From the NCBI GenBank assembly GCA_050125095.1, contig JASFEA010000063.1, positions 1-18,474 on the forward strand: DNA of 18,474 nucleotides. The letters are read 5' to 3'. A model generated the notes under the pieces. The model had not been told where the DNA came from and made no database searches. It worked only from the letters and a program-made list of their open reading frames with translations. Position 1 is the stretch's first letter, and each line of letters begins with the position of its first letter. This stretch comes from a bacterium. GTDB lineage: Bacteria; Arandabacterota; Arandabacteria; Arandabacterales; JALGWA01. The translations under genes were made by a program, and so were the position numbers. Below are positions 17,777-18,474 of the stretch, one piece after another.

Positions 17777-18474
17777 ATGTTCTCACAGAGAGCTGGAATC
17801 GGCAGCAGATTCTGGACATCCGTCCTCATCTCTGCCCTTGTCCTGATGTTCGCCGCCACGTCGACGGCCCGCCTGCCCAAGAAACTCAGGTACGGCGAAA
17901 TCGAGTTCGAGCCCCCCGAGCCCGAGACGATAGAGTTCGCCAACGGCCTACACGGCTATTTCCTGGAGGACCATGAGATCCCGGTTATCGACATCGTCAT
18001 CATGTTCAAGGCCACATACCCGGAAGAGTCCAAGACAGGGCTTAACAGCCTGGCGGGGTGGGCCATAAGGAACGGCGGCAGCGCCGGTTTCCCCAAGGAG
18101 ACCATAGATGACGAGCTCGAATTCGTGGGCGCGTCCATCGAGACCAGCGCGGGCGGCTTGACCGGATCCATAAACGCCAACTTCCTCACCAAGGACGCCG
18201 AGATGGTGGTCGAGATTCTTACAGATATCATCGTCAATCCGGCGTTTGCCGAGGACAAGGTCGAGCTTCAGAAAAAGTCCATGATAGAGTCGATCCGGCG
18301 CAAGGCCGACGACCCATGGGACCTGGGACGCAGGGAATACGCCAAGCTGATCTACCATAACCACCCGGCCGGCCGTGAAGCCACCGTGGAAACCGTATCG
18401 GGCCTCACGCGCGATGACGTGGCGGAATTCCACCGCAAGTACGTCAGGCCCAACAACGCGGTTATCGGTATAAC
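17777..18474 (+). CDS. Exported M16 family non-catalytic partner subunit; 3'-truncated by the window edge and absent from the ORF track
   Basis: SD GGAGG then ATG 17777, open to the end: MFSQRAGIGSRFWTSVLISALVLMFAATSTA...FANGLHGYFLEDHEIPVI...KTGLNSLAGWAIRNGG...IDDELEFVGASIE...NPAF...HPAGR...LTRDDVAEFHRKYVRPNNA. HxxEH is absent at the equivalent position. Confidence 0.88.
   Translation, partial: MFSQRAGIGSRFWTSVLISALVLMFAATSTARLPKKLRYGEIEFEPPEPETIEFANGLHGYFLEDHEIPVIDIVIMFKATYPEESKTGLNSLAGWAIRNGGSAGFPKETIDDELEFVGASIETSAGGLTGSINANFLTKDAEMVVEILTDIIVNPAFAEDKVELQKKSMIESIRRKADDPWDLGRREYAKLIYHNHPAGREATVETVSGLTRDDVAEFHRKYVRPNNAVIGI

Noticed and set aside
17948-18433. Minus-strand 161-aa ORF at the window end
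   Set aside because: It is antisense to the truncated plus-strand M16 subunit that starts at 17777.

Overview
GC-rich bacterial chromosomal window, densely coding, with no rRNA, tRNA, CRISPR array or transposase seen. A C-terminal 'TWGSIKSMYR' motif weakly hints at an FCB-group candidate phylum such as Krumholzibacteria, Eisenbacteria or Latescibacteria (inference only). In order it contains: the 3' end of a P5C dehydrogenase; a membrane-anchored TPR + TlpA-like thioredoxin that the ORF track splits at an in-frame TGA, read here as a UxxC selenocysteine with an adjacent SECIS-like hairpin; REP-like repeats; a small orphan membrane protein; a minus-strand rhomboid-nfi-histidine phosphatase-nth operon; a divergent four-gene operon (CHAT caspase-like protease-TM-PEGA, exported thioredoxin-like protein, ECF sigma factor, soluble zf-HC2 anti-sigma); a site-2 protease-CBS gene; polX-PHP and ligA; a DRG-like GTPase; a Cys-rich secreted TWG-motif protein; and a pair of exported M16 peptidase subunits, the second truncated and missing from the ORF track. 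The best candidates for new biology are the CHAT/ECF/anti-sigma trans-envelope signalling module and the exported TPR-selenoprotein.
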